This document shows, one piece after another, positions 7,877 to 17,600 of a stretch of DNA of 64,000 bases. A program made the translations under genes and the position numbers. This DNA is from a virus: the IMG/VR virus record IMGVR_UViG_3300030061_003170, one strand, 5' to 3'. The notes beneath the pieces are model-generated. The model saw only the letters and a list, made by a program, of their open reading frames with translations, ran no database searches and was not told where the DNA came from. Every line of letters starts with the position of its first letter. Within the stretch, counting starts at the first letter, position 1.

Positions 7877-9803
7877 CTTGATTTCCCTTTGTTAAAGATT
7901 CAATTAAATTTTGAAGTTCTGTGCTAGTATTAAATAGTTTTGTCTCTTCCAAAACATCCGCTGATTCTTGAACTACGCCTCGAGCGAGAGAATCTAGTCC
8001 GCCAAAGCCAACCTTTCCAGGAAACGTTTTGCGAGAAGTTCCAACTTCACCACTGGCCTGGTTTCTCATTTGTTTGGACAAGCCACCCTTTCTGTAGGTT
8101 GTTTGGTGTCTCTTGTATGGCCCTCTTTTCTTAGGGCGATCATCTCTTTTAGCAGGAGGTGCGGCCAAGAGTGTATCATCATCGCCACCAGCATCGCCAC
8201 CAGTGTCTCCTCCGGCACCACCCCCAGTATCTCCACCTTCATCTGCCGCTGGTGTATCAGGGGTGTCTCCGCCGCCAAGATCACCTAGGTCAAGATCACC
8301 TCCGGGGTCTCCACCACCAAGATCACCTAAGCCACCACCGGCTTGAGGTTCAGCAGAACCCGCTGCTTCAAGATTCGCTGCAAACTTACGATCATGGAAC
8401 ATCTCTCTTTGCATCCGGATAAACTCGTCTTCTGACAATCCGAGAAGATTCTCGGAAACCCAACGCTTAGAGAAGTATCCTTCAACAGCAGCGCCTGCAA
8501 CATCAAATTTAGTTTTCCAGTTTTCAAGTTCTTGCATTTCAGCAATTTTTGAAGGATTATTAAGAGATAATTTGAAACTAAGAAGATCATCCCCACGGTA
8601 CCCTAGGGTGTAAAGATGAATAATTCCAATCTTTTCAAGTTCTGCAACCACAACACGCTGAAGTCTTTGGATGGTTCTTGCGAACCTGATGTCTTTTTGT
8701 GCCAAGGTTGTCTTGTCCTCAGTTGCACCCTCGCCCATTGACAAATATGACTGAGGAACTTTAAGAGCGGAAAACAATTTGTCTCGCAAGTATTTTACGT
8801 CTTCTATCTGTGCTGCGAATTGCCCACCAGGAAGGTTGACAATATCTGTAGAGGACTGGCCTCCTCTAATTGGTACAAAGTAGTCTTCTTCAATTGAAAG
8901 AGGGTTGTAGCGCAAATCTACACGGCCAGTGGTGGGGTCTACAACTTGGTGTCTTTTCATTTGGGTCATGACTTTCTGCATATACTGCTCAACGTCTTGT
9001 GGGGCAATTCCGCCAACATCAATCTTGAATACGCGACGATCAGTGGCACGAACAATCCTGTACGCCATCATAGCATCTTCAAGCAAAGTCAATTGTCTCC
9101 AAATCCGTCTAGCAGGCTCTAGGACACTTGTTCCGTATGGGGCATGCTTATCATGGCCCAGAACTCTAAAGTGAGCAACCTGCCAGTTTTCAAGGGTCAA
9201 TCCTGCTGTGTTCCATTGGAACTGCACGTAATTTGGGTTTGTCTTATCTTCGCCTTCTAATCTCTCAATTTCTTGAGACGGGAGACCAATGCAATTTGTA
9301 ATACCACGCAGGTCATCAATGTCCAAGTACAAAAAGAGATCTCCATACTTACACATGGTACGCGCCCAACCAAATAGGTTGTGCTCAATATTCAGCGAAT
9401 CTTTGTAAAGAGAATCAAGGACAAACTTTATCTCCTCGTTGGCGCACTTAATATGCATCATTGGGGTAAGAGTTGAGTGGGTTGTCATCTCGTCCGCATA
9501 GATATCGAGTGAAGAGGCGATCTCCGGTGTATATTCCATCTGATCAAAATCAACATAACGCTCTGAGCGGTTACGGTTTGAAATCATATTCACCGTAGTA
9601 ATGTTCATTGGGTTATATTCTGATTTCTTAAACTGCTGACCAGATGCAGATCTAAACCTAGATGCATACATGTCTAGATGTCTTCTTCTAAGTTGTCTTC
9701 CTGATTGTGTTCTTCTCCTTACAAGAGGCCCGGAGAACAACTTAGTTAAGGACTTAAACAAATCATTTTGGTTATTATTTGGGTTTCTATCATTCTTTGC
9801 CAT
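7866..9803 (-). CDS. Portal protein (T4 gp20-like)
   Basis: MEYTPEIASSLDIYADE, PYGTSVLEPARRIWRQLTLLEDAMMAYRIVRA.DRRVFKIDVG, EEDYFVPIRG, IEDVKYLRDKLFSALKVP, DIRFARTIQRLQ. Confidence 0.95.
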   Translation of the reverse strand: MAKNDRNPNNNQNDLFKSLTKLFSGPLVRRRTQSGRQLRRRHLDMYASRFRSASGQQFKKSEYNPMNITTVNMISNRNRSERYVDFDQMEYTPEIASSLDIYADEMTTHSTLTPMMHIKCANEEIKFVLDSLYKDSLNIEHNLFGWARTMCKYGDLFLYLDIDDLRGITNCIGLPSQEIERLEGEDKTNPNYVQFQWNTAGLTLENWQVAHFRVLGHDKHAPYGTSVLEPARRIWRQLTLLEDAMMAYRIVRATDRRVFKIDVGGIAPQDVEQYMQKVMTQMKRHQVVDPTTGRVDLRYNPLSIEEDYFVPIRGGQSSTDIVNLPGGQFAAQIEDVKYLRDKLFSALKVPQSYLSMGEGATEDKTTLAQKDIRFARTIQRLQRVVVAELEKIGIIHLYTLGYRGDDLLSFKLSLNNPSKIAEMQELENWKTKFDVAGAAVEGYFSKRWVSENLLGLSEDEFIRMQREMFHDRKFAANLEAAGSAEPQAGGGLGDLGGGDPGGDLDLGDLGGGDTPDTPAADEGGDTGGGAGGDTGGDAGGDDDTLLAAPPAKRDDRPKKRGPYKRHQTTYRKGGLSKQMRNQASGEVGTSRKTFPGKVGFGGLDSLARGVVQESADVLEETKLFNTSTELQNLIESLTKGNQDET

Positions 9804-9806
9804 TTT

Positions 9807-11390
9807 TTATCCTTTGTAAATCCAGAAAAATTCTTTTGCTTGCTTTATTTCTTCTTCATACCTCTGCTCAAACGATTGAGCATATCCATGTTGTCCTTTA
9901 ATCTGTGTGTTCATTCTTGTTTCTGATTTCATTATTCCACCAAGCATGGCTTTTTTGTATTCGACTTCAACTTGATTAGCCTGTAAGGCTGTATCTCTAA
10001 CCCAACAACCAATTGCTAATGCCATAACTAGATCGTCATGGTAAGAACGCATTGCTTGGGGCTTACCGTTATGCCAAATAAAAGTCTTTAATTCGTGAAA
10101 TAACCTCGTAGAATGTATTGTAATTAGTTTGTTTCTGATGAACTCTTCCAATTTTGCTACAATAAGCGGTCTTGTCTTTGTTGAGGTTGTAAACCCAGGC
10201 ACCGCTCTGTCGTCATAAGCACCCTTGTAGGCTTCAACAAACTCATGAGATCCCTTGATTGAATAATATAAATTTGGATAAGCAAGGTCTTTTAGTTTCT
10301 CCAAAACAGAGATACCAATACCGTTGTTCTCAACAACAAGCAGGCAGTCACCATACTCTTTGCCGGCATCAAACAAGATCTGCGAGTAGAGGTCTAGGGA
10401 CGGCTTGCCCTGATACTCAGCAACAATAGCCATGTTATCAACACGTATCACATGAAAAACGGATGAGTCCTGGCCATCGCCTCGAGCGACATCTGCTACC
10501 AAGAGATAAGATGCTTCCTCAATGTACTTCTCCCAAATCCAAAAGTTTCTATCGTGCCCTGTTCTGTAGATTGGATCTTGTTGGCATTCGAACAACCACT
10601 GCATGTCATCAGGGTGAATTACGGTATCACCAGATGTATTGAAGTTGCACTCTAGTTCCTGTGCAATTTGTCTACGAGACATATTCTTTGTCTCTTTCTC
10701 AAACCACTCTTGGTCTCGATCAGGGTGTACATCCCAAGGTAAATTTATTGGGTGAAAATCATTATCTTCTGCCTCTGCATCAACGTAAGTCTTGTGGAAC
10801 CAATTCCCTACCCCATTTGGGGTTGACAATGCGATACAACGCCCACCAGTTGACAAGGTAGGGTAAAGACCGGTCCATAGATCTTCCAGGCCGTCTACGT
10901 GTGCTGCCTCGTCTATAACGAGCAGTGATAATGCTTCCGAACGACCAGCATCACCAGAGGTGGTTCCTGCTTTAATTTGTGATCCATTACTAAGTTCAAA
11001 TGCTGTCCTGTTATCAACAGAGATTTTTGCAATCTTGATAAAGTCTGGTAGATTGTTTGTAATTGCTTTTACTTTCTTTACAAGGTTTGCCGCTGTCTGA
11101 AACTTAGTTGCAATGACGAGAATGTTCTTGTCTCGATGAAACATCATAAACCAGACAATGTACCCGGCTGAGATTGTCGAGATACCTAACTGTCTGGCTT
11201 TCAGAATGATGTTGAAACGATAATCGTTAAAATCCTTAAGCAGATCCTTCTGGTAGTCGTAAGTCTTAAATGGAATCAGACCGTGCATAGGATGAGAAAT
11301 GCGACAGTAGTTATCAATGAAGTATTGAGGACTCTTGCCGCATCTAATTATCTCTTGAACTTTTTCGTTTTTGGAAAGTTTATAACCCAT
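9807..11390 (-). CDS. terL: Terminase large subunit (T4 gp17-like)
   Basis: Walker A region KARQLGIST, Walker B LLVIDEAAH, STPNG motif, RNase H nuclease motifs ADVARGDGQDSS and HDDLVMALAI. Confidence 0.96.
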   Translation of the reverse strand: MGYKLSKNEKVQEIIRCGKSPQYFIDNYCRISHPMHGLIPFKTYDYQKDLLKDFNDYRFNIILKARQLGISTISAGYIVWFMMFHRDKNILVIATKFQTAANLVKKVKAITNNLPDFIKIAKISVDNRTAFELSNGSQIKAGTTSGDAGRSEALSLLVIDEAAHVDGLEDLWTGLYPTLSTGGRCIALSTPNGVGNWFHKTYVDAEAEDNDFHPINLPWDVHPDRDQEWFEKETKNMSRRQIAQELECNFNTSGDTVIHPDDMQWLFECQQDPIYRTGHDRNFWIWEKYIEEASYLLVADVARGDGQDSSVFHVIRVDNMAIVAEYQGKPSLDLYSQILFDAGKEYGDCLLVVENNGIGISVLEKLKDLAYPNLYYSIKGSHEFVEAYKGAYDDRAVPGFTTSTKTRPLIVAKLEEFIRNKLITIHSTRLFHELKTFIWHNGKPQAMRSYHDDLVMALAIGCWVRDTALQANQVEVEYKKAMLGGIMKSETRMNTQIKGQHGYAQSFEQRYEEEIKQAKEFFWIYKG

Positions 11391-11399
11391 TTAATCCTT

Positions 11400-11879
11400 T
11401 TATAGATTTCCCTGCTGCTTCAGGAGGTTTTGTATTTCTTTAACAAGTGAATCCGAAATGTCTTCTTCTAATTCCTCTAGTTCATCGGGAATAGCGGCGA
11501 GCGCTGCATCAACTGCTTCCGGATCATTACGCAACAAATCAACCGAACCTGGGGTCTCATCAGGGAAAAGAAGTGTGTTTCGGAGAATAAATGCTTTAAA
11601 CATTTTAGATAGGCCTTCATCACCCAGTGCATCAATCTTTTCAAAGTCTGTCGCTATTTGGGCCTTGTCTTTACCACCGCTGTAACGTGCATATAATTCT
11701 GCAAAGGCCTGTTGAGAGCCTATATCAAAACCAAGACCAGGCTGATTGCCCAGAACGTCATCAGCGCTAATGTCTTCGATACCAGCACCAACAGGATCAG
11801 CATGTTCTTCTTCTTTAATTCTCTCATACTCTTCTTTGACGATTTGATCAAGTCTTTCTTTTGTAATCTTAAGTTTCAT
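11400..11879 (-). CDS. Hypothetical acidic protein, possibly head-internal
   Basis: 159 aa; N-terminus MKLKITKERLDQIVKEE. Confidence 0.7.
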   Translation of the reverse strand: MKLKITKERLDQIVKEEYERIKEEEHADPVGAGIEDISADDVLGNQPGLGFDIGSQQAFAELYARYSGGKDKAQIATDFEKIDALGDEGLSKMFKAFILRNTLLFPDETPGSVDLLRNDPEAVDAALAAIPDELEELEEDISDSLVKEIQNLLKQQGNL

Positions 11880-12418
11880 TGTTCTTTACCTCTTGTATCA
11901 TTTGAAGGTCTCTTATCAGAGAATTGTTCTAAAAATTTTCTTGTGACATCTCGCTCAGTGTCTTCAGAAGGCTGAAGGATTGGATCTGCCTTCATCCCTG
12001 AGATTGTGTAGTGTTGGTATGCCTGAACGAAAGTTCGAACGCGAGAGGTGCTTTGTACGAGGATTTGAGGTTCTCCCTTAGCAGACAAGCGAACAGAGTT
12101 TCCTGTAAGTGTTTTGTACTCTCTTTGAAGAAACTTCTTGATCTCATTAAGCATTCTAACGATTTCTTGATCGTACTTAGGATCTTTAACTTCCTGCAAT
12201 CGTACATCACTTTGATAGTTAATGATCATTGAGTTTCCGTAGAACTTAACAGAAAAACCATCGTTAACTCTTTTATCAATAATTGGATGTCCTTGCTCTC
12301 GGTTAAGGCCAACTTTTCTGATTTGACCGTCAAGAGAGTATCTCTCATCGTGTGCGCCGTCATAGGCATTTGCGGCTGCTTGAGCAAGCCCTTGAACAAT
12401 TTCGTATGTTGAACTCAT
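11876..12418 (-). CDS. Hypothetical protein
   Basis: 180 aa ORF with ATGA overlaps at both ends. Confidence 0.7.
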   Translation of the reverse strand: MSSTYEIVQGLAQAAANAYDGAHDERYSLDGQIRKVGLNREQGHPIIDKRVNDGFSVKFYGNSMIINYQSDVRLQEVKDPKYDQEIVRMLNEIKKFLQREYKTLTGNSVRLSAKGEPQILVQSTSRVRTFVQAYQHYTISGMKADPILQPSEDTERDVTRKFLEQFSDKRPSNDTRGKEQ

Positions 12419-12795
12419 TTATTTGGTCTCCATCCCGTTTTCCATCTTTCTTCTCTGCCCTCGACCCATTGTATGTAACATTCTTCGCAACATTCAAATT
12501 TGGTCATGTACACGTCATCATTTGATTTAAACGAATAAGTATTACAAACTGGACAAGAGCGACTAGACTCTTCTTTAACTAGTTTTCTCGGAATAAAAAC
12601 GCCTTCGACCTCAACTTTGTCATAGTCTTCTAACGTCTCTCTCACGTAAGTTTCTTTGAGTCCAGCAACGTACTGTTGTTCTTTTTCGTTATCCCATAGA
12701 GATTTTGGGTTTACAACGGTATCTTTGCCGTATTTTTTTGCAATTGCCTGCTCTACCTTAACAGCATAGTTTGGATCTTTATTGGGCACTCTCAC
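12415..12795 (-). CDS. Hypothetical Cys-rich (Zn-binding) protein
   Basis: CPVC...CCEEC...WVEGREERWKTGWRP. Confidence 0.7.
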   Translation of the reverse strand: MRVPNKDPNYAVKVEQAIAKKYGKDTVVNPKSLWDNEKEQQYVAGLKETYVRETLEDYDKVEVEGVFIPRKLVKEESSRSCPVCNTYSFKSNDDVYMTKFECCEECYIQWVEGREERWKTGWRPNK

Positions 12796-13210
12796 CTCTC
12801 TCTTGCCAATCGTAAGAAATAGTGTCCTCCGTAATTGGGCCGCCCTTTGCCCATGTTCTGCACGAACGTGCGCTATGGCACTTAAAGTGATGCATCCAGC
12901 AATACCCTAGACGGCCATCTTCATCAGATACCTGGCCGGGCATGCAGTCATCCATTCTAGGGCTGATGTCAAACGCAACACAGTTACCACATAAAGACTT
13001 CTTTGCTGCCTTCTCAGTGGTGTTCCAGTACTCAGCGATGTCCTTCCAGTAATCACCCGGCTCATCTACATTAAGAGGGCCGTACTGAATGTGTTCGGCT
13101 TTGATTGAAGCATCACGATTCTTTGTGTTTAACTCCAAATCTTGAGTTGCTTCGGGACATGCAAATCCCATAAGTTGCTTCATTGCTTTGATAATTCTAA
13201 TTTTAATCAT
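12779..13210 (-). CDS. Cys-rich metal-binding protein (HiPIP-like Cys spacing)
   Basis: Likely start ATG 13210 (ATGA overlap); CGNCVAF...GYCWMHHFKCHSARSCRTW. Confidence 0.65.
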   Translation of the reverse strand: MIKIRIIKAMKQLMGFACPEATQDLELNTKNRDASIKAEHIQYGPLNVDEPGDYWKDIAEYWNTTEKAAKKSLCGNCVAFDISPRMDDCMPGQVSDEDGRLGYCWMHHFKCHSARSCRTWAKGGPITEDTISYDWQERGESAQ

Positions 13211-13605
13211 TGTATGTTCTTCGCTGCGTAATAAGTCGCAATCGATGCTCCTGTTCCTAATCCAAAGCCTGCTAGAAACCAACCAATTGTGCGGTATGGG
13301 CTTTGTTGCTTCTGTAGTAGTTCTATTTGCTCGTCTCGTAATCCAATTAAAGTCTCGCTTTTCTTCTTTTCAATCTCAAGTTCTGCCTTTACGTATTCCA
13401 TTTCTAGCGCATGTTCAGCGGCCAGAGTTTTACCTTGGTATTGTAGAGAGATTTCGCACTGATCTTGTAACTTTTCGTTACTGGCAATTAAATTAACAAC
13501 TGCTTCGTCGTTGAATAGTCTACCATCAATAGGGGCAGGATCACCCTTCTTTATAGTATAACTCAAAGGCTCAGCAATTGCAAGTGAAAAAAACAAAAAA
13601 ATCAT
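13207..13605 (-). CDS. Secreted/membrane coiled-coil protein (spanin-like?)
   Basis: Signal-peptide-like N-terminus MIFLFFSLAIA, central coiled coil, C-terminal TM IGWFLAGFGLGTGASIATYYAA. Confidence 0.6.
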   Translation of the reverse strand: MIFLFFSLAIAEPLSYTIKKGDPAPIDGRLFNDEAVVNLIASNEKLQDQCEISLQYQGKTLAAEHALEMEYVKAELEIEKKKSETLIGLRDEQIELLQKQQSPYRTIGWFLAGFGLGTGASIATYYAAKNIQ

Positions 13606-13985
13606 TTATTTTTAATCCCAAATTCTTTGTAGAGTATGTCGTCGATAACTTTCGGGTCATGACTGTTCTCTACCAATAGTTCCTTAACCCTCTCTGCTCT
13701 TCTTTTCTCTAACTCATCACGAGACTCGTGCATCTGCCTGTCAGCAACTGCTATTGCCTTCTTGTATTTCTCTTGTGCTTTTTGCTTAAGATCATCTTCT
13801 TCGGCATCTAGATTTTTTAGAGCCTCGCGTTCTTTCTTGTACAACTCTCTTGTTGACTTAAGTTGCGCTTTGGCTGCTGCTGTTCTTCTGTTTCCAGCAA
13901 GAAATGCAATTAAGATGGATGCACCGATGACCAGCACTTTCCAATTGTGTTTACACCACAGTTTAAATGCTGGCCACCAGGTCAT
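13602..13985 (-). CDS. N-anchored coiled-coil membrane protein (i-spanin-like?)
   Basis: Likely start ATG 13985 (TAATG overlap); TM VLVIGASILIAFLAG followed by a charged coiled coil. Confidence 0.6.
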   Translation of the reverse strand: MTWWPAFKLWCKHNWKVLVIGASILIAFLAGNRRTAAAKAQLKSTRELYKKEREALKNLDAEEDDLKQKAQEKYKKAIAVADRQMHESRDELEKRRAERVKELLVENSHDPKVIDDILYKEFGIKNK

Positions 13986-14263
13986 TATCCGTGTCTCCAA
14001 GTCTTAGCAAGGTCAATGGCAGATTGACCACCGATGTACATCATTGCAATAAGTCCCCAAGTATCCGGGTCAAGGTTTGACCAGATCATAAGAGCGGTTG
14101 CAACACCAAACACAAGAAGTTTTCTTGAGATTAGTTTTTCTTGAACAGCATCCAAAACGCCCAACTCTGGGTCATCAAGGTGCAACTCAGCAGCAACACT
14201 TTCGCAATCGATGTTTTCAACGACAGCCTCTACTCTGTCTATTACTTCTTCTTTTAAATCCAT
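13985..14263 (-). CDS. Putative holin-like membrane protein
   Basis: KLISRKLLVFGVATALMIW and WGLIAMMYIGGQSAID form two TM segments; SD AGGAGG. Confidence 0.55.
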   Translation of the reverse strand: MDLKEEVIDRVEAVVENIDCESVAAELHLDDPELGVLDAVQEKLISRKLLVFGVATALMIWSNLDPDTWGLIAMMYIGGQSAIDLAKTWRHG

Positions 14264-14266
14264 TTT

Positions 14267-14638
14267 TTAGTCCTCCTTAATTGTTAGGCGATCCAGAACG
14301 TCTTGGTCATCCCTAGACAATTTCTTGATATAGTTATAAACGTCCCGTTCTACATCATATTGTGTCTTTTTTTCATTTTCTATATCTTTCCGAATCATCA
14401 TCAATGTTGGTCTCGCAGCGAGATCAAGCGCACGCTTGGCAGTACGCTTGGCCTCTTCTTCTTCTGTTCCTTTTTTTCGTGGTTCCATTGTTCCAGGTCC
14501 CCCAGTTCGTCTTTTCATCCTAGCCGCCCTTCTTTGAGCACGACTTAAAGGCTGTCCGGCGGAACCCCTATACGCCTCTCCCATCGCATCAAGTTCCTCT
14601 AAGATCATCTTTACTAATCTTTCTTCTGTAAGTTTCAT
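14267..14638 (-). CDS. Hypothetical basic protein, possibly head-internal
   Basis: N-terminus MKLTEERLVKMILEEL, Arg/Lys-rich core; SD GGAG; late motif upstream. Confidence 0.7.
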   Translation of the reverse strand: MKLTEERLVKMILEELDAMGEAYRGSAGQPLSRAQRRAARMKRRTGGPGTMEPRKKGTEEEEAKRTAKRALDLAARPTLMMIRKDIENEKKTQYDVERDVYNYIKKLSRDDQDVLDRLTIKED

Positions 14639-14654
14639 TTTTAGTCTCCATAAA

Positions 14655-14688
14655 CAAAAAACCTATCTAGATTTTACTCTAAATAGGC
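14655..14688 (-). terminator. Intrinsic terminator after the Mre11-Rad50 gene, overlapping a late-promoter motif
   Basis: Minus strand GCCTATTTAGA-GTAAAA-TCTAGATAGGT (11 bp stem with G-U pairs) followed by TTTTTGTTT. Confidence 0.7.
14680..14686 (-). promoter_or_regulatory. Putative late promoter motif CTATTTA
   Basis: The same heptamer recurs shortly upstream of structural gene starts (4977, 7931, 23534, 43769, 53259; 17887 on the plus strand). Confidence 0.55.
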
Positions 14689-14695
14689 TTCAAGT

Positions 14696-17600
14696 TTAGA
14701 TTTGGACGTGTGCGTATCCGTCTTTCTTCTGTATGTCAATTGTCATATCAACAACGTCTTTGAGGGTTTCGAGGTGCGAAATCAACAGAACCGTCTTAAA
14801 TTGTGACTTAATCATTTGAAGAAGTCTGATAAAACCGTCCATGTGTTCTGCATCCAATGCCGTTGCCGGTTCGTCAAGGATAAACAATTCCGATTTTGGA
14901 AGATTGGTTATCGAGATTAGACCTAAGCGAATAGCCATCGAAGCAATTGTCTTTTCTGCTCCGGAACCCATCGATAAAGGTCGAGGATCGTATTTTGGAT
15001 GTTTAATGTAGATTTCAAGTTTGCTGCCAACGTTATCAAAGAACACTTCAAAGTCAACAATACTGTTTAGAATCTTTGCAATCTCTGAGTTGATGACTGA
15101 TAGCATTGATCTGATAACCCTGTAAGAAACCCCGTTGGGATGCATTGCTTGAATGAAAAGATCGTATGCAATGTAGTCTCTCTCGTAAGTTTGAATCTCT
15201 GCTAGTTTTGCTTCTGCCTCCTTTATTTGTTGTCGGGTTGCGCCCTCTTCGGATACAAGGCCCATTGTCTTCTTTTCGCATCGAGCGAGGTCACGAGTCT
15301 TGTTTTCAATCATTGCTCTGACAGATCTAACGTCTCTTTTTAGAGAGTCAATGTTGTCAAAGGCCTCTTGATTTTCATAGTAGTGATCTTTCTTCTTTCT
15401 TAATTCTCTAATCTCCGATTTTACAAGTTGCTTTGTTGCATTCCACATTTGAATTTGAGTTGTGATCTTTTGAATCTTGGCTTCAAAGTCTGTCTTTTGT
15501 TCCTCAAAACTTGCAAGTTGATCGCGTTTTTCTGTTATGGTATCAAAATCAAGCGCCTCCATTTCAGACTCTAAGAATACAATCTCGTCCTGTAGTGTTT
15601 TGATTTGCTGTTCAATAACTGGGGCTTCTCCCTTTGCTTTATTAGCATCCTTAACAAACTTGTTATCACAACAGAACCTACAATCTGGATCATACTCATG
15701 GTCATGAAGCATAGCAATCTTTTTGTTTAGATTACGCAACTTTGTTTCTTTTGGCTTGAGATCAAGTGACATTTGTTCATGTTCGTATAGCAACTCTTTG
15801 TGTTTTTGGACCAAGCCATCCAATCTAGATAACTCTTCTGGGTTTAGGTTATTAATGGCAGATCTGAGTTTGTTTTCAAATTCTAATCGGGATACGTTCA
15901 TTAATTTAATTTTACCAACGAGATTAGACTTCTCTCTCTCTTTTTCTTCTAAGTTAGATTCAACCTGAGTTATATCAATCCAACCATCCTCTACAGAACG
16001 CAATTGGTCTCCAATAAGGTCAGATTCTTCTTCCAGTTCTTTTATCCTTGCTTTGAGTTTTTCGCACAAACCAGACTGCTGTTCTATCTCCTCTAAAATT
16101 TCTTCTAGTGCCTCTTGGCCATGGACCAGTTTCTTATTCCAATCAATGGTACTGAGGTGTTTTATGATACCCTTAAGTTCTGCGGAGTCTTTCTTGGCCA
16201 GTTTATGTTTCTCTTCGAACATTTGTAAATCAAGAAATTTTGCGAGAATCTCTTTACGTTTAGTGGACCCTTCGTTAATGAAACCTAAAGAATCAAGTTG
16301 GGAGGACATAGAGGTGATCATGAAATCCTCAAAGGTACCAAAGGCTCTTCTGATGTTCAGGTCTGTCTCGTTACGAGTTGTGCCGTTCTTGCTCTCTGCC
16401 ATTGTTCCAAGTGCATACTTGGTAAAGTCTAGGTCTGTTTTTGCTTCTTTCGTTATGGTGCCTTTACTCTTTTTCTCGTATGCCTCAAGTGAACGAGTGA
16501 TCTTGAACGTATCGTTACCAACTCCAATATCCAGTTGTACCCTGGCCTTCTCTTTGTTCTGATTAATCAAATGCACATTTTTACGCTCGGTCTTTGATGT
16601 CGTATTGAACATGCCAAAAAGAACAGAATCAATAATGCTTGATTTACCAGAATAGTTTTTACCAAAGATACCAACAAGTCCGTTAAGTTTTGTAAAATCA
16701 AGTTCGTTCTTTTCACCATAATTAAACAAGTTGTTCCATTTCATTTTACGAAGTTTCCAGATAATGTTCCTAGATACATCTTCACTAGTTTCAATTTGCT
16801 TATTATAGTTTGAATTAAGTTCAATAATCCTGTCTAACACATCATCAGTAATCTCTTTGTCTGCCAAGAACTCTTTGATATATTTTTCTTGTGTATTTGG
16901 GTCTCGCATGTTGATAATTTTACTGTCTGGGTTATTTCCATCTAGTCCCAGTCCAGAATAGCCTGCCTTGTTGACGAAATTGACCGTATAGGCACTCCAT
17001 TTGGTTCGGGCATAGTCACAGGCCCTACGCAACTTTGCGAGCGGTAGATTGTAATGTGAGACCAATCTGAGCCTTGCGTTTCTTGGCACATCAGTTTTCG
17101 GTAAAGTGCCGTCCTGGTTTACTTCCACAGTGACAAATGGTCGCGGTGACATAAACAGTCGTGGTTCAACTTTAAACTTCTTTTTGCCTCGGATGTCCCA
17201 CAGCAAATAACCTTTAAGCAAAGATTCGCCAAAGTTTTGTTGTACTGTAGATCCGGCATACCAGATGCGACCTTCTTCATCAAGTTTTTGTCGCCTGTGG
17301 ATATCTCCAAGCATAGCATAGTCAAACTCATCAAAGATATTGATTGAGTCCTCGCCGCTTTCTAAAGTAAACCCATCAGAAATTTTGCAACCACGGATTG
17401 CCCCATGATAAAGTGCAATGTTAATTCTAGACTTGCTGCTTGGAGCCTTCCAGTTGTCTCGATCAAAGACCGAAAGAACATTAAGGGTGATCTTTTTTCC
17501 CAACCTTGTTTCTCCTGAGTTTTTCAGTAGATGAAGATTAGGGTGGCCTAGTGCCTCAATGATCGGCGTAATTGCATCCTGTCTATTATCATTCTTAAGA

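Noticed and set aside
8160-8345. GC-rich CCA/CCG repeat patch as a DNA repeat element or a Pro-rich plus-strand gene
   Set aside because: It is explained by Gly/Asp codons of the portal C-terminal tail.
4957-11390. Absence of major capsid, scaffold, sheath and tube genes as a sign of a defective phage
   Set aside because: The window is a fragment of a much larger genome and genes run off both ends, so these genes probably lie outside it.
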